Below the pieces are notes generated by a model. It was not told the DNA's origin and did not search any database. It saw nothing but the letters and a program-made list of their open reading frames with translations. Of a DNA stretch of 64,000 bases, positions 26,052 to 41,477 are shown piece by piece. How positions within the stretch are numbered: the first letter of the stretch is position 1; each line of letters opens with the position of its first letter. A program made the position numbers and the translations under genes. The DNA is from Eledone cirrhosa (taxonomy: Eukaryota): assembly GCA_964016885.1 (NCBI GenBank), contig OZ024753.1, positions 29,450,001 through 29,514,000 of the forward strand. The letters are read 5' to 3'.

Positions 26052-26389
26052 GGTATGTATATTTCCTCTGATAATTTGTAATATGTTTACATAGATCTAT
26101 ATGATATACATACCAACACACATATACATCCTAGAAGCGATCGTAAAATAATGAATTTTTTAATATAAGGAACTTGTTCTTTGTTTTTATTTCATTGTTT
26201 TTATTAATTTATATATATATATATATACATGAGTATGTGTGTCTCTGTGTGTGTTGGTGTATGTGTATGTGTGTGTGTGTGTGTGCGTGTGTGTGTGTGT
26301 GTGTGTTTGTGTATACATATAAAACAGGTAGGAGAGAGAGAGATTATAGACGACCCAAATAAACTGACAGAATCTTAATACCGACAGTA

Positions 26390-27057
26390 TCATAATCTAT
26401 AAAGCTCAGTGTGTGTGGGCATGCTCCTTCGTTATAGAAATCTACGATATAGAATTTCTTCAATTGAAATTTACAATTCAGTATGCGAAATAGTTTCGAT
26501 TGCGTCTTGACGCAGATAATTTTTTCAATTTCACCCACAATTACGCAAAAAATAGATAAAACTCAATATTTTACGATTTTTCTCTCTCATTTAAACTGCT
26601 GAACTCTTTCTACTACCATTCAAAATCTATACAACGTCATACTTTCTGCTACTTTCTCTTTCCAAGTTTGATGGTGATACTGTCCGTTCACACCACTCCC
26701 TACTGTCTTAAATTTAGAAAACACATATCTTCTATGAGGTCACTAAACCTGCTAGAAACAGCAGCTAACTCTCCCCCATATCACACCCCTCCCCACACCA
26801 CTCCCTACTGTTCGGCTGGCATCGTCTACGCGCGTGTTGCGCAAGTACTGTGAAACAATAAATTTCAACACTTTTTGGCACAGAGATAATATCCATAGGC
26901 GAAACTACAATTGTCACTGCTGGCGCAGCTCATGCTTCCAGGTCTGCAATTCATTCACTCAGTGCCTGGCAGACAAAAAAGTGCTGCCATAAAATGGGTG
27001 GTGCAACCTAACTTTGGTAACTTAATGACCCCGAGCAACGCCGGGCTTTAATGCTAG
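26390..27057 (+). mobile_element. Non-autonomous Helitron
   Basis: 5' a|TC..tctataaagctcagtgtg; 3' hairpin cccg-agcaacgc-cggg then CTAG|t. The 5' end is approximate. Confidence 0.7.
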
Positions 27058-27859
27058 TTACTAATACAATGATTCAGTCCCAAACCATCAACAGTGTTTA
27101 TGTCCTCTGGTCATATTGGCTTATCATCATGGTAGGTTCTTATATAATTGTTATAGATTAATATTAACCATCCATTTATTTATATGGGTTATTGTAGTGC
27201 AATGTATATGACAAATTATCCTTGGCAAAAGTATCGACCAGGGCATTCCGAGGATTAAGATCTAACGTTTTATCTAACAGACATTCGTGACTGATCTCTC
27301 TAAATTAAAGCCTCCATCTAATCCAGTGGGCCTAACTGAATGAGAGGAAATAAATTTGAATGATTTATTTGTGAAGGATTTAGACATCGTCTTTTATGTT
27401 CGTAAATTCTCTTTTTATGCTGTGAAATTTTATGAAAATGTCCGTTTGAATTTCGTCAATAGTTATGAATAATATTGTTATGGTCGAATGAGAAAAGATT
27501 TACAAGCATAGCGAGACGAATCAGCAAATGGGTTTTATTTCACATTTGAAACAAACTCAATTCACATTCACAGGTAATAACTTCATCAGAAGGGAGATTA
27601 TTGTAAAAGCCAAACTCGCTATTTTCATTTCGGTGTTCGTACCTACCCTTATCTTTATAATCCAACCACATAGGTCAAGTTAAAAGTTGCTTGGTATGGG
27701 AAATGTACATAGTACGAGTAATATTTCACAGTTGTTCACTACAGATGTCTTATGTATCATCAATACGTCTGTTTTAGCCACTTTCGCTTCACATGAGTCT
27801 AGATATGTTACGATTCAGTCCCAAACCACTCAGCATTTTGTTCGGGCATGAGTTGCCAC

Positions 27860-28010
27860 TTCGGTTACTTTGCGCCTAGAAAGTTCCTTTCCGAGGCACA
27901 AGTCCGGGAAAGGTTGTTTGTGGAAGACAAACAGTCGTCCATGCATACCAGTCTCTCATCTTCAAGCCATTGATGTTGTCCAAGGGAAAGGCAATGGCTG
28001 ATACAGCTTG
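27860..28010 (-). mobile_element. SINE 3' fragment
   Basis: cacaagtccggg..gttgtttgtggaagac..tccaagggaaaggcaa..gatacagcttg resembles the body of a cephalopod SINE (recalled, not searched). Confidence 0.45.
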
Positions 28011-28069
28011 AGCAGTCGGTGTCGGAAAAGACGGAGTTTCAACACACACAGGCTACTACTACTACTACA

Positions 28070-28133
<64 letters not shown>

Positions 28134-28454
28134 AGACGACAACGACGACGACAATGACTAATACTACTGCTGCTGCTACTGCTGCTACTGCTATTACAAG
28201 TACCACCACTACCATTACAACTACTACTACTACTACTACTACTACGACAATGACTATTACTGCTGCTACTGCTATTACAAGTACCACCACTAGCACTACA
28301 ACTACAACTACTATTACTACTACCACCATCACCACCACCATCATCATCACCACTATTATCACCACCGCCACCACAGATACAGTTACTATTGATTTTATGT
28401 TCGACAATGATATACATTGAAAGAGCCATATATACGATATAGTGACAACATCGG

Positions 28455-30240
28455 CACCACCACACCACCACACCACACCACTACACCACCACACCACACC
28501 ACCACACCACACCACACCACTACACCACACCACCACACCACACCACTACACCACCACACCACACCACCACACCACACCACACCACCACACCACACCACAC
28601 CACACCACACCACCACACCACCACACCACCACACCACCACACCACACTACCACACCACACCACCACACCACACCACCACACCACCACACCACCACACCAC
28701 TACACCACACCACCACACCACACCACCACACCACTACACCACCACACCACACCACTACACCACCACACCACCACACCACACCACCACACCACTACACCAC
28801 CACACCACCACACCACACCACACCACCACACCACACCACACCACCACACCACACCACTACACCACACCACACCACACCACCACACCACACCACCACACCA
28901 CTACACCACCACACCACCACACCACACCACACCACCACACCACTACACCACCACACCACACCACTACACCACTACACCACACCACACCACACCACACCAC
29001 CACACCACCACACCACACCACCACACCACTACACCACCACACCACACCACCACACCACCACACCACCACACCACACCACACCACCACACCACTACACCAC
29101 CACACCACACCACTACACCACTACACCACACCACACCACACCACACCACCACACCACCACACCACACCACCACACCACTACACCACCACACCACACCACC
29201 ACACCACCACACCACACCACCACACCACTACACCACCACACCACACCCCTACACCACCACACCACACCACACCACCACACCACACCACCACACCACTACA
29301 CCACCACACCACCACACCACACCACACCACCACACCACACCACACCACCACACCACACCACTACACCACACCACACCACACCACCACACCACACCACCAC
29401 ACCACTACACCACTACACCACACCACACCACACCACACCACACCACTACACCACCACACCACTACACCACCACACCACACCACACCACCACACCACACCA
29501 CCACACCACCATCCACACCACCACACCACCACACCACCACACCAACACACCACACCACCACATCACACCACACCACTACACCACTACACCACTACACCAC
29601 CACACCACACCACACCACCACACCACACCACACCACACCACCACACCACACCACACCACCACACCACCACACCACACCACTACACCACCACACCACACCA
29701 CACCACCACACCACACCACCACACCACCACACCACCACACCACCACACCACCACACCACCACACCACTACACCACTACACCACCACACCACTACACCACC
29801 ACACCACACCACACCACCACACCACCACACCACCACACCACACCACACCACCACACCACACCACCACACCACTACACCACTACACCACCACACCACTACA
29901 CCACCACACCACACCACACCACCACACCACACCACACCACCACACCACCACACCACACCACAACACCACCACACCACACCACCACACCACACCACAACAC
30001 CACCACACCACACCACCACACCACACCACAACACCACACCACCACACCACACCACACCACCACAACACCACACCACCACAACACCATCAAACCACACCAC
30101 ACCACCACACACCACCACACCACCACACCACCACACCACACCAGACCACCACACACCACACCACACCACCACACCACACCACAACACCACAACACCACAA
30201 CACCACCACACCACACAACACCACACCAAATCACCACGTC
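28455..30240. repeat. 1.8-kb low-complexity (CAC/CACCA/CACTA)n array
   Basis: Seen directly; essentially no G on the plus strand. Confidence 0.95.
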
Positions 30241-30612
30241 ACCAGATTTATAAAATCATCGCTTTGAAGAATCCCCAAACGAAGTAATTATCGTTATTTC
30301 AGAAGATAACTTAGGAAATCAGTAATAAACCACATTCTGGTTCATTAACTCATTTCGATTTACAGTTCTTGTTATTTCACTTCTCCTACGTCATTAATAC
30401 CTTCTCAATAGACGTAATGGTTCCTCACTTTATTTCTTCCTCTCTATAATGAAGTTGTTCTTAATGCTATGTGAGGATTCATTGATATTTTTTTATTTAC
30501 ATATAGCGGGATTCGTGTATATAGTGTGTACAATTATATATTAATTTGTTTGGAAGACATAATTGAGTTGCATTGTTTGTTTGTATACTTGTTTCTATTG
30601 TTGGTTTGGCAG

Positions 30613-30659
30613 TAAAAGTGCATCATGGGGAAAGCGACATTTTTCAAGAACTTCCTCTT
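30613..30659 (+). other. Candidate 47-nt exon
   Basis: ttgtttctattgttggtttggcAG|...cttcctctt|GTatgt; two frames open. Confidence 0.3.
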
Positions 30660-31756
30660 GTATGTAGTTACCAAATGGGAAAAAAAGCTAATTTTGTCTC
30701 GAACATTAACTAAAAGTCAACGTGACAAGATGTTGAGTTTCTACGTACCTACAGACGCTGCTAGAAATAGCAGCCAAAAACTGCTGAAATGACACCTTAT
30801 CATCGTAAAAAAGAGAACACGATGAAACTATAAATATAGATAGTCTATATCTGGACAGGGATGGGTTCCACCAGGCTTAAATTACCCATGAAACACTGTA
30901 TGTCAATACGGCACCCCTACGACTCTATCAGGAGTTATGGGACCATACATACATATCTGAATAACTACAAGATTTTCATGGCTTCAATGACACTGATTTA
31001 AACAGAGCTGGTCAGAGATAAAGAACATCAATATATTGAAGTCAATATAATTTACCTGGCAACTCGTGGTGGTGAATATAAATAGGAAATGCTGTGACAG
31101 CAAAACTTGCGTTTCCGGCAATATTCGAGAAAAATGTCGATAATTTCAGTAGTCAGTTATTGATGAGAAATATACGTTGGATAATACCAAGAGCACTAAA
31201 ACTTGGAAAATACCTGACATAATGACAACCTGAATAACAAGCAGAATATAGTAATGACAAAATAAAACGAACAATAACGACCACAACAACAACAACAATA
31301 ACAATATTAACAAAAGACTCATCTAAAAATTATATGAGCACGATATCAATGAGCCGAATGGAAAAACCATGGACGTGGTCGATCGAAAGTTTCCTAAATC
31401 ACAGGAAAAAAAGAAGAATATATTTTGTGATATAGTCCTCGTTGTACTATGGCTAAATATGGATCATAGGTTTACTCAAAGATATAATCTGTCACTAACC
31501 ACAAATAAGAACAACTACTATATTTTCAAAGACATTGAGAATTAATATAAAGATAGACTGTATCATCGACAGAAACGACGGTGGGATCTACAAAGGAGCC
31601 TTTAGCACGAGTGTTCAAACTGTTAGGAATAGTAGCCAAATGTCCCGCAAATCACAACCTATTATAGTTAACAAACCTGATGCCATGGTATGTATGTATG
31701 GTCCCGTAATTCCTAATAGAAGGGTGCCGTATTGACATGTAATGTTCATTGGGCAT

Positions 31757-32004
31757 TTTAAGCTTGGCGGAGCCCTTCCTTCTTCAGGCCTGAGTACAGC
31801 ATATTTATTCCAGAGAGAGGAAGCAAGTGAGAGAGAGGAAATGAGAAAGAGATATAGAGAATGAATCTACCCCAGTACTCAACTGGTAGTTTTTTATCGA
31901 CCTCGAAAGGATGAAAGGCAAAGTTGACTTCGGCGGAGCAGAGAACCGGAATGAATACCATAAAGCATTCTATCCGACGTTCTAGCGACTCTGCCAAGTC
32001 GCCG
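31757..32004 (-). mobile_element. tRNA-SINE subfamily B
   Basis: Reverse complement matches 42858-43110. Confidence 0.8.
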
Positions 32005-32613
32005 TCTGATGCCATAGTAGGAAAATGCAATTCTAGATTTACATTGCTAGGTCATTGATAATAGATGCACTCAATCAGTCCAGGGTTAAAAATCATCAAC
32101 ATCAGTAGCATGAAGAACAACGACGACAATAGCAACGATAACAACCACAACAATAAGTACAAAACATTAAAATTATGACAATAGCATTAACACCAAGAGC
32201 ACTCGTACTTTTCCAAATAACGATAAACATTTTCCTCTAATATACTCTTATAGTGAGAATACACGCAACAATTAAAATGTATTGACCCTTAAACGACAAT
32301 TTTAGATCCATTGGAATTAAATTGGCATGATCGTTTCTTCGATGCCATTCATTTATCGATACTTTCGCCATTTGGTTTCTTAATCCTCTGTAATTTAAAC
32401 TGACATATCGATATCAGTTACTCGTGTTGTAGTTATCCATCAATAAAATCTACATAGATAATACCATCAGCATCTTTAATATCTTTTTCGTTCGTACTAA
32501 ACTTTGTAAGAATAAGAGTAATGTTATTACATTATTGTAGATTAAATCGACCTCACAAAGAATATAAATAAGAAGGTTTATCAGACACTTACCGAAACTA
32601 ACTTACATTATAT

Positions 32614-32798
32614 CGATGAATTGGCAGTATTGGTAGAGGGTCAGACATACTTTCCAGCATAGTCACGTCCCTTTACGATCTGAGTTCAAATTCCGCCGAG
32701 GTTAACTTTGCCTTTCATCCTTACGGGGGTCGATAAAATAAAGTACCAGTAATGCACTGGGTAATTGCTGGCCTTGTGCCAAAAATAGAAACAATTAT
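32614..32798 (+). mobile_element. tRNA-SINE A with attata TSD
   Basis: The empty site is visible in the homologous region at 55540-55645. Confidence 0.9.
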
Positions 32799-32866
32799 AT
32801 AACGAGTTATTACATATGCAGATTTGCAGATTTCGACAATGTTTTAGAAGGAAGTATATTAAATAT

Positions 32867-33118
32867 GGCGGCGAATTGGCAAAGTCGTTAGAGCGTCGGA
32901 TAGAATGCCTTATGGTATTTGTTCCGGCTCTCTGCTCTCGGAGGTCAAACCCGGCCGAGGTCAACTTTGCCTGTCCTCCTTTCGAGGTCGATAAAAAGTA
33001 CCAATCTCTGGAAGAAATCTGCTGTACTCAGGCCTGGAGAGGGATGGGCTCCATCAGGAGTAAAATACTCACGAATACGGCGCCCCAACGACTCTATCAA
33101 GAGCTACAGGACCATACG
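32867..33118 (+). mobile_element. tRNA-SINE subfamily B
   Basis: ggcggcgaattggcaaagtcgttagagcg head; tail ctgtactcaggcctggagagg..gaccatac. Confidence 0.8.
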
Positions 33119-33474
33119 TTACATACATACATGAACATATTAAATGAGGTTCCAAAGTAGATTAGTTGGAGAATGAAGAACAGATCTGAAAAGTGCAACG
33201 CCATTAGCATTCTGCTTCATTTATCATTGCATAAATCCGGAAATACATCGAGAAAGTAATAAACTGAATTAAAATAAAAACATAGACGATGTAGAATCGT
33301 TTGTAGAAAGTAAAGCGCCTGGCTACTCGTGTCAGTCTGAACTACACAGGAAACAGTTTCCTTGGTTCATATATGACCTCTTCTCAATTTACGCTGCAGT
33401 CAAGCAGGAAATATTCATACATGCAAATATATCTATACATACATTAATATATACACATATATATATATATATAC

Positions 33475-33554
<80 letters not shown>

Positions 33555-33555
33555 A

Positions 33556-33612
<57 letters not shown>

Positions 33613-33821
33613 ATTATTTATATATATATATTATATATATATTATATATATGTCTATAGATATTATATATATATTATATATATGTCTACTACTGATTGTA
33701 GTATATTTCCATATATATATATATATGTGTGTGTGTTTGTATAATATATACACAGACACACACATATATATATATATATATATAATATATATATATATAT
33801 ACATAAATGGCTTCCCTGATA

Positions 33822-33899
<78 letters not shown>

Positions 33900-34285
33900 G
33901 TGATTCAGTAAATTCATAAATACATGTAAACGAAACTTTTTTCCTTATTATTACTATTATGTCAATATACATATATTTGTGTGTGGGGGGGGTATGTGGG
34001 GGGGGGGTGCTATAGACAGACACAGATAGTGATATATAATGATTATTTCTACATTTCCAGCAGAGGAAATTTGTACCAAAGCAATAAATCTATCGGAAAA
34101 TAGAATAAAAATAACAATAACATCGTCATCATCACCATCATCATCACCATCATCATCATTATCATCATCATTATCATCATCATGATCATCATCATCATCA
34201 TCATCTTTTTTTCTTCAGCATCATCATCATTATCATCATCATCTTTACCTTTTTCTGGGTCATCATCATTTTCATCACCACCATT

Positions 34286-34319
<34 letters not shown>

Positions 34320-34373
34320 ATATCATCATTATCATCATCATCATCACCATCATCATCATTATTATCGTCATTA

Positions 34374-34712
34374 TCTGAGTTCAAATCCCGCCGAGGTTAA
34401 CTTTGCCTTTCATCCTCACGGGGTCGATAAAATAAAGTACCAGTAATGTACTGGGTAATTGCTGGCATTGTGCCTAAAATAGAAACAATTATTATCGTCA
34501 TTATCATCATCATCACAAGACTGGTGAATTGGCAGTATCGGTAGAGGGTCGGACGCCATGCTTTGACGCATAGAGTTACGGCCCTTGCCATTCTGAGTTC
34601 AAATCCAGCCGAGGTTAACTTTGCCTTTCATCCTTACGGACGGGGGATAAAATAAAGTACCAGTAATATACTGGAGTGATAGCTGGCCCTGTGTCATAAT
34701 TAGAAACAATTA
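34374..34712 (+). mobile_element. Two tRNA-SINE A copies within an (ATC)n tract
   Basis: Family match. Confidence 0.85.
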
Positions 34713-35440
34713 TCATCATCATCACTATCATCACTATCATCATCATCACTATCATCATCAACAATAGCCATTACACCAACAACAAGAACAGTTATAATAC
34801 TAACAGATTCGTAAATTGTTTGGCTAGATAACATGAGATCATTAAAACATATACTATTGTATTGCACATAATTGGTGTGTGGCTATTTTGTATAGATTTC
34901 TCAGCTTGCTATTGATTTTATTGAATTACATACAATATCATAGATTGTTTAGATTCTAATCGAATCAGTCTAAAAATGATACATATGATACATATATTGG
35001 CTGCTAGTTGCGGCCAGAGATTTTCACTCCAATCTGCAAGTTTGTAGATTTATATCATTACCAGACCCATTTGTTGTTGTTGTTGTTGTTGTAAATGGCT
35101 CTGTCTGTGTTAAACGACTTGCTGATTGTAGTATATTTCCATATATATATATATATGTGTGTGTGTTTGTATAATATATACACAGACACACACATATATA
35201 TATATATATATAATATATATATATATATACATAAATGGCTTCCCTGATTTTTTCCTTAGAATGAAACAGTTCTAGTCTTGTAGCAGCCATTTGTATATTA
35301 AACCTGTTATATTTGTGTCTGTGTGTGGGGGGGGGGGAGGGGATATGTGGGGGGGGGGGGGGGGTATGCTTTTATCCTTAACGGGATCTTCTGTGTTAAA
35401 CGACTTCCCGATTGTAGTATATTTCCATATATATATATGC

Positions 35441-35484
<44 letters not shown>

Positions 35485-35502
35485 GCATACACACACACAC
35501 AC

Positions 35503-35608
<106 letters not shown>

Positions 35609-36208
35609 CTGTATATTTGCATAGAATAAACTTGTAAGATGAATAATAACAATAAAACCACAGTAAGAAATTGATAATAAGAAATACCAATAACAATACA
35701 GAAAATCTTGACCCTTCTCTCTCATGTTGGAGGAACCCCTCCTTGGTTGACCTCCACCACTTCCTATACTGAACTATATGAGGCCGAAGTATCGGGTCAG
35801 ATCATCGCACCATCTTGACTTCCGCTGCCCTCTAGTTATTCTAATAAATAGCAACAACAACGCAGGAAATCAAATTTCGAGAAGAAAGGATGCCTATGAT
35901 TAAGGGACGTCAAAATAAGATAATTCCGACAGCCAAGCCACAATTTCTAGCTAATTTAACTCAGCAAAGTCAAGAGACTTGTCACCGTTTTCATCATTCG
36001 CCCATTTCGCCACACCAATTTCCCCCTTCTAGTGTATTTTTCATCAAATTTATTGCTGTGTATTAGTTTTTTAAACTGTACTACACTTTTCAAAGAATGT
36101 ATTCAATTTGCACAAAAACATGTTCTATGTGCAAGTATAATAAAACAAATTCAGATATAGGCGCTTGAGACTTATAAACATTTCACAGTCAACTGACTTT
36201 CATTAATA

Positions 36209-36388
36209 TTGGCAGTATCGGTGGAGGGTCGGACGCCATGCTTTCCAGCATAGTTACGTCGCTTAACGATCTGAGTTCAAATCCCGCCGAGGTTGACTTT
36301 GCCTTTCATCCTTACGGGGTCGATAAAATAAAGTACCAGTAATGCACTGGGTAATTGCTGGCCTTGTGCCTAAAGTAGAAACAATTAA
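36209..36388 (+). mobile_element. tRNA-SINE A with attaatat TSD
   Basis: Box A/B, central domain, tail and flanking duplication. Confidence 0.9.
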
Positions 36389-36695
36389 TATCTGTATGTT
36401 CATCACAAAATTTCAAACACTTTTATCACTAAAACTATTTAATGGATTTTGATCTTTGTCGTTCATACTTTTGAAATATATTTTTTTAATGTACCAGTCC
36501 AGTACTGCGGTCAATTCTTCCTCTGTATCTTTTCTTACCTCTCTATCATCCTTTTCTCCCTTTCTCTGGAAAACATCGGCTGTTTTCAGACCTGTTGATG
36601 AGGTGGGCTCCGCCAGGTTTAAAATAACCAAGACATGCTGTATGTCACAAAACGCCTCGACCACTCCATCGAGGATTACCTGTCCATAAATACAT

Positions 36696-37002
36696 CAGAC
36701 CTGCCAACCTCTAAAAACCCAAACGGAGAGTACTATGAAAAAAGTGCCCCCAAACGGAGAGAAATGAGGCAAAATGGGGAGATTTTACATAAGAAAGTTA
36801 TCCCCATGTTCACAAGAGAAGACATCTCTCACCCACCCCAAAGTGGGTAGGAGGTCTCCCTATCAGACTTGGAGAAATGAGGCAAAATGGGGAGATTTTA
36901 CATCATGAAAGCTATAGCCATTTTCACAAGAGAAGACATCTCTAATCCATTCCAAAGTAGGTGGGAGATCTCCCTGTTGGACAGAGAGGATTGACAGTGC
37001 TG
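36696..37002 (+). mobile_element. MITE (CAGACCTGCCAAC family) with internal tandem duplication of about 110 bp
   Basis: TIR at 36696; ggagaaatgaggcaaaatgggg block present twice; atacat on both flanks (right side offset by 1 nt). Confidence 0.75.
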
Positions 37003-37342
37003 CATACATACAAAGCCATCGGGTGCCAGACGAAACCAACTATAAGGTGGCTAACACGTAAAACTTAGAACATCATATTGCAAAAGGTAATACAACGAGA
37101 CGTAGACTAGTGATAAAAATTCGCTTTTATGGACAATGGACCATTTATTTCTTGGAGTATTTTGTTTTTGGTTTGCTTCTGCTTTGCAATCGAAGCGACG
37201 ATCAATCAAAGGAAAAACGAAATAATATCGATGATGATGACGACGAAGACAACAACAATACAAAGAAAGAAAGAAACAAACAAATATCTATTGATCTAAA
37301 CAAACATAAAACGTTATGAGTTTTTCTATTTGAAAAGTTCTG

Positions 37343-37357
37343 CCTATAGATGGCGCT
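37343..37357 (+). promoter_or_regulatory. CTCF-like motif
   Basis: cctatagatggcgct resembles the CCASYAGRKGGCRS consensus and lies in unique sequence. Confidence 0.25.
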
Positions 37358-37854
37358 TAAGTTGAAAAGATGTTTATCATTTCTGATGCAGAACATTTAG
37401 TATTCTACAGCAATTTTAAAAAATTTAGTTAGATGGTTTTTTTTCTTTCCCTTTTAATTATAATTGAATTTTTATACCATTATCATATTTCATGAATATT
37501 TCCCAGCAACTTTCTGATATTAGGTTTCCTAAAGCGGAACTAGATATAATAACCAATGTAAAAGTAAATAAATAGATAAAAAGATTTGTTTTTTTTTTCT
37601 TCTTCTAATGTTAAAATAAAAGATAAAAGAAAAAAATAGCAACGTTTCAATTAGCCACTAAGATTTAATGTGTTTGATCGCATGCTAACAGTGGTTTGAA
37701 TATTTGAGATTAGGCTGCACTCATCGACTTTAGAAGAAAGTAATTAAAAAGAATGAAAAATTACTTACACATTATTGGTTCATTCTCATTCGATATTTTG
37801 TATACCAATATGCACTTAAGCCGGCAATCTCAATCTCATATAATAACTTTTTAG

Positions 37855-38648
37855 GCGCTGGCTTGGCAGTGTCAACGGAGGGTTGGACGCCATGCTTTGC
37901 AGCATATAGTTACGGCTCTTTACGTTCTGAGTTCAAATCCTGCAGAGGTTAACTTTGCCTTTCATCCTTACGGGGGTCGATAAAATAAAGTACCAGTTAC
38001 ACACTGGGGAAATTGCTGGCCTTGTGCCAACAGTAGAAACAAGAATAAATAATATTTTAGAGGGTTATTTCATGAATATTCGAACAAAAAACCGATAATT
38101 GTCTCTACTTCAGGCACAAGGCCAGCAATTTGAAGAGGAAGGGAAAGTCGATTAAATCGACCCCAGTACGTTACTGGTACTTTGTTTTATCGACCCCGTA
38201 ACGATGAAAGGCAAAGTTAACCTCGGCAGGATTTGAACTCAGAACATGGTGCTGGTCTGTCCTGAGGCATTTTTGCCCATAGCAGTAATGAACTGAGGTC
38301 GATTTCGTCGTCTTTCCCCCTCTACCAAAATTGTTGGCCTTGTGCCTATATCAAATACCAAGATTACTGACAATATGTGACTCACATGGATATATGAGAA
38401 ACTCTGGAAAGAGTACTACTGAAGAGCCAAACTAATATTACGACTGAACTAAAGACTACAAATAAATAATTGTTTCTACTTTTGTCAGAAGGCCAGCAAT
38501 TACCCCAGTACAATAATGCACTGGTGTTTTATTTCATCGACCCCCGTAAGGATGAAAGGCAAAGTTAACCTCGACGGGATTTGAACTGAGAACGTAAAGA
38601 GCCATAAAGAGCCATAACTCTATGCTGCAAAGCATGGTGTCTGACACT
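37855..38648. mobile_element. Cluster of tRNA-SINE A copies (37855-38042 +, 38096-38250 -, 38468-38648 -)
   Basis: Family match; adjacent copies in opposite orientation. Confidence 0.85.
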
Positions 38649-38934
38649 TAATAGATATAAACACGCTAGCCATCCCAGTTATAAACTACACATTCAGCAT
38701 AATAAACTGCAGGTTAAGTGAATTGCCTGAGGAAGCCATTAACGGTGTAGAACAGAGAATACAAGTAAATCGTGCTTCAACCAATCCATTTAAAATCTCT
38801 ATTGTTTGGTGATATTATTAAACAATAATGACTATATGTTATAGGCCAGACAAACAATTGCTTACAATGATAACGTAAAAGATACAGGTTTCCCCGACAC
38901 ATTGATGTATAGATGTACGCAGATACAATCCCAG

Positions 38935-39022
<88 letters not shown>

Positions 39023-39029
39023 TTATATA

Positions 39030-39068
<39 letters not shown>

Positions 39069-39413
39069 GGTTTCGTGTTCTTTTTTCTCTAATTTTTTTT
39101 TTTGTATGCGAATAAAGAGAGGAGAGACGATTGCATCTCCATGCCAAATAATTATACTTTGAGAATAAATACGAAATTGACATCTATTGTGTTACTAACA
39201 ATTAGAAATTCTGGAAATGATGGTACTAAATCAATATTTTTCAGTCAAGTGTTCCGTAAATGTTATAATTACGAATGACAGATGACATAAAACGTATATA
39301 GAATGTTTAAGTACTTTCGAGAATAGAAGCAATGCAGTGTGTAGGTAGGTGTTGGTGTTGCCAGTAAGAGGGAGAAAGTGGATATATTGATAGTAGATAC
39401 TTAAGCCAAGTAT

Positions 39414-39548
<135 letters not shown>

Positions 39549-39627
39549 AACGAAAAAAGATATTGGTAAATTCAGGAGTGAAATACTACCACAGAGTACT
39601 GTATATATATTTATATTTATGTATCTG

Positions 39628-39676
<49 letters not shown>

Positions 39677-39931
39677 GAAAAAGGATATTGGTATATTCAA
39701 GAATGAATGACTACAAAACAGTATTGTATATATATGTCAGCTTCTATAATATTATTTCTTTCTTTTTAATTCCTTTTATTCCTTTTTTTCCTCCAATTTT
39801 CTCCTTTTTTTTCCTTTCTTTTCTTACCGCTTATATCAATAAAAAGAGCAATATATCTTGATGTTTTCTAAATGTTATAAGTATGATGTATACGGAAGCC
39901 TATTATATCCAAGGTACAATTTTATATAATA

Positions 39932-39962
<31 letters not shown>

Positions 39963-40653
39963 GTGTGTGTATGTGTGTATGTGGTTCTGTGTATATCTGA
40001 TTATATATACAAACGTATATATAAATAGACAGACAGTTTAAGATATATGCCGTTCAATACAAAAAAATAACAAAAATAGATACTGATTTACAAACGCAAA
40101 CATACGTAACACACATGCACACACATGCACACACATACATACAAGCTCACACACATACAAGCACACATATGTACAAGAACAATCTTGAATGTATTAAATC
40201 TAGGAAGTATTAAGTCATGATTAAGGTGAATGTACCTTTGAGAGGAGAGAAGGAATGTATTAGGAAGAGAGAACAAAGTGAAACAATGATGAAGTGAAAT
40301 AAAGAAAGAGAAAGATAGAGAAAGAAGAGAGAGCAAGATAGAGGGGGAGAAAGGAGGAAAGAAGAGAGAGAAAGAGGAAGAGAAAAGGGAGAGAGAAAAT
40401 GTGAGAGAGAGAGAGAAAGAAAAAGAGATAGAAATATAGAGGGGAGAGAGAGAAAGAAAAGAGAGAGGAAGAAAGAAGAGAGAGAAAGCGAGAGAAAGAT
40501 AGAGTGAAAGGGGAGAGAGAAAATGGGAGAGAGAAGAAAGAAAAAGATATATATAGAGAGAGAGAGAGAGTGGGGGGGGGGAGAGATTATGAGACCAATG
40601 AACTTGTGAAAGTTATTGACAAAACAGATAAGTTTAAGATATTTATAAAACAG

Positions 40654-40701
40654 GTTAAAACCAGGAGAAACCAAGAAACATCGTTGGCTTTCACACGCGC
40701 A
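40654..40701 (+). other. Candidate 48-nt exon followed by a 137-nt intron (40702-40838)
   Basis: Donor GTaagt at 40702; strong acceptor (t)14ctattgacAG ending at 40838. Confidence 0.35.
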
Positions 40702-41359
40702 GTAAGTTTATCATGATTCATTGAGAATTTAACTTAATGTCTACCTTTGCCTGGAGAGGAACTTCCATTCTTAGCAAAATCCTATAAAATCTTCCGATTC
40801 CTTTACATATTAGGTCTTTTTTTTTTTTCTATTGACAGAATATGTTATAGGAAATTGTCGAATTTGATATGTTCCAATGAATAACTGATTTTATATTGAT
40901 TTCCTTCTGTCTCTCGCTGTGGAATGATTCTCCTTGCTATGTCTTTCACACACACACACATACACACACTCACACACACGCACGCACGCATACACACAGA
41001 CACGCGCGCACACACACATACACGCACATGCACACGTATACACAAACATGCGCAAACACACACACACAAACATACACACACACACATGCACATGCACACA
41101 CAAACACACACACACACAATCATAAACACATACACACGCACACACAAACACGCACAAACACACAAACAAACAAAACATACACACACACACATGCACACGC
41201 ACACATAAACACGCACATACATACACACACATACACACCTTTTCTTTTCTTTTTCCTTTCCTCTTAATTGATCATATCATTATACGGTGTATATATAAAC
41301 GGTTTCTTCCTTTCTGTATTAGCCCGGTATCTCTATTTCCCTTTAGACACACACGCATA

Positions 41360-41477
<118 letters not shown>

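Noticed and set aside
28417-30267. 600-aa His/Thr/Pro ORFs
   Set aside because: Stop-free only because the CAC/CACCA array lacks G and TAA; mixed 3- and 5-nt units show no frame constraint
34049-34384. Asp-rich acidic ORF
   Set aside because: (ATC)n microsatellite starting inside a SINE
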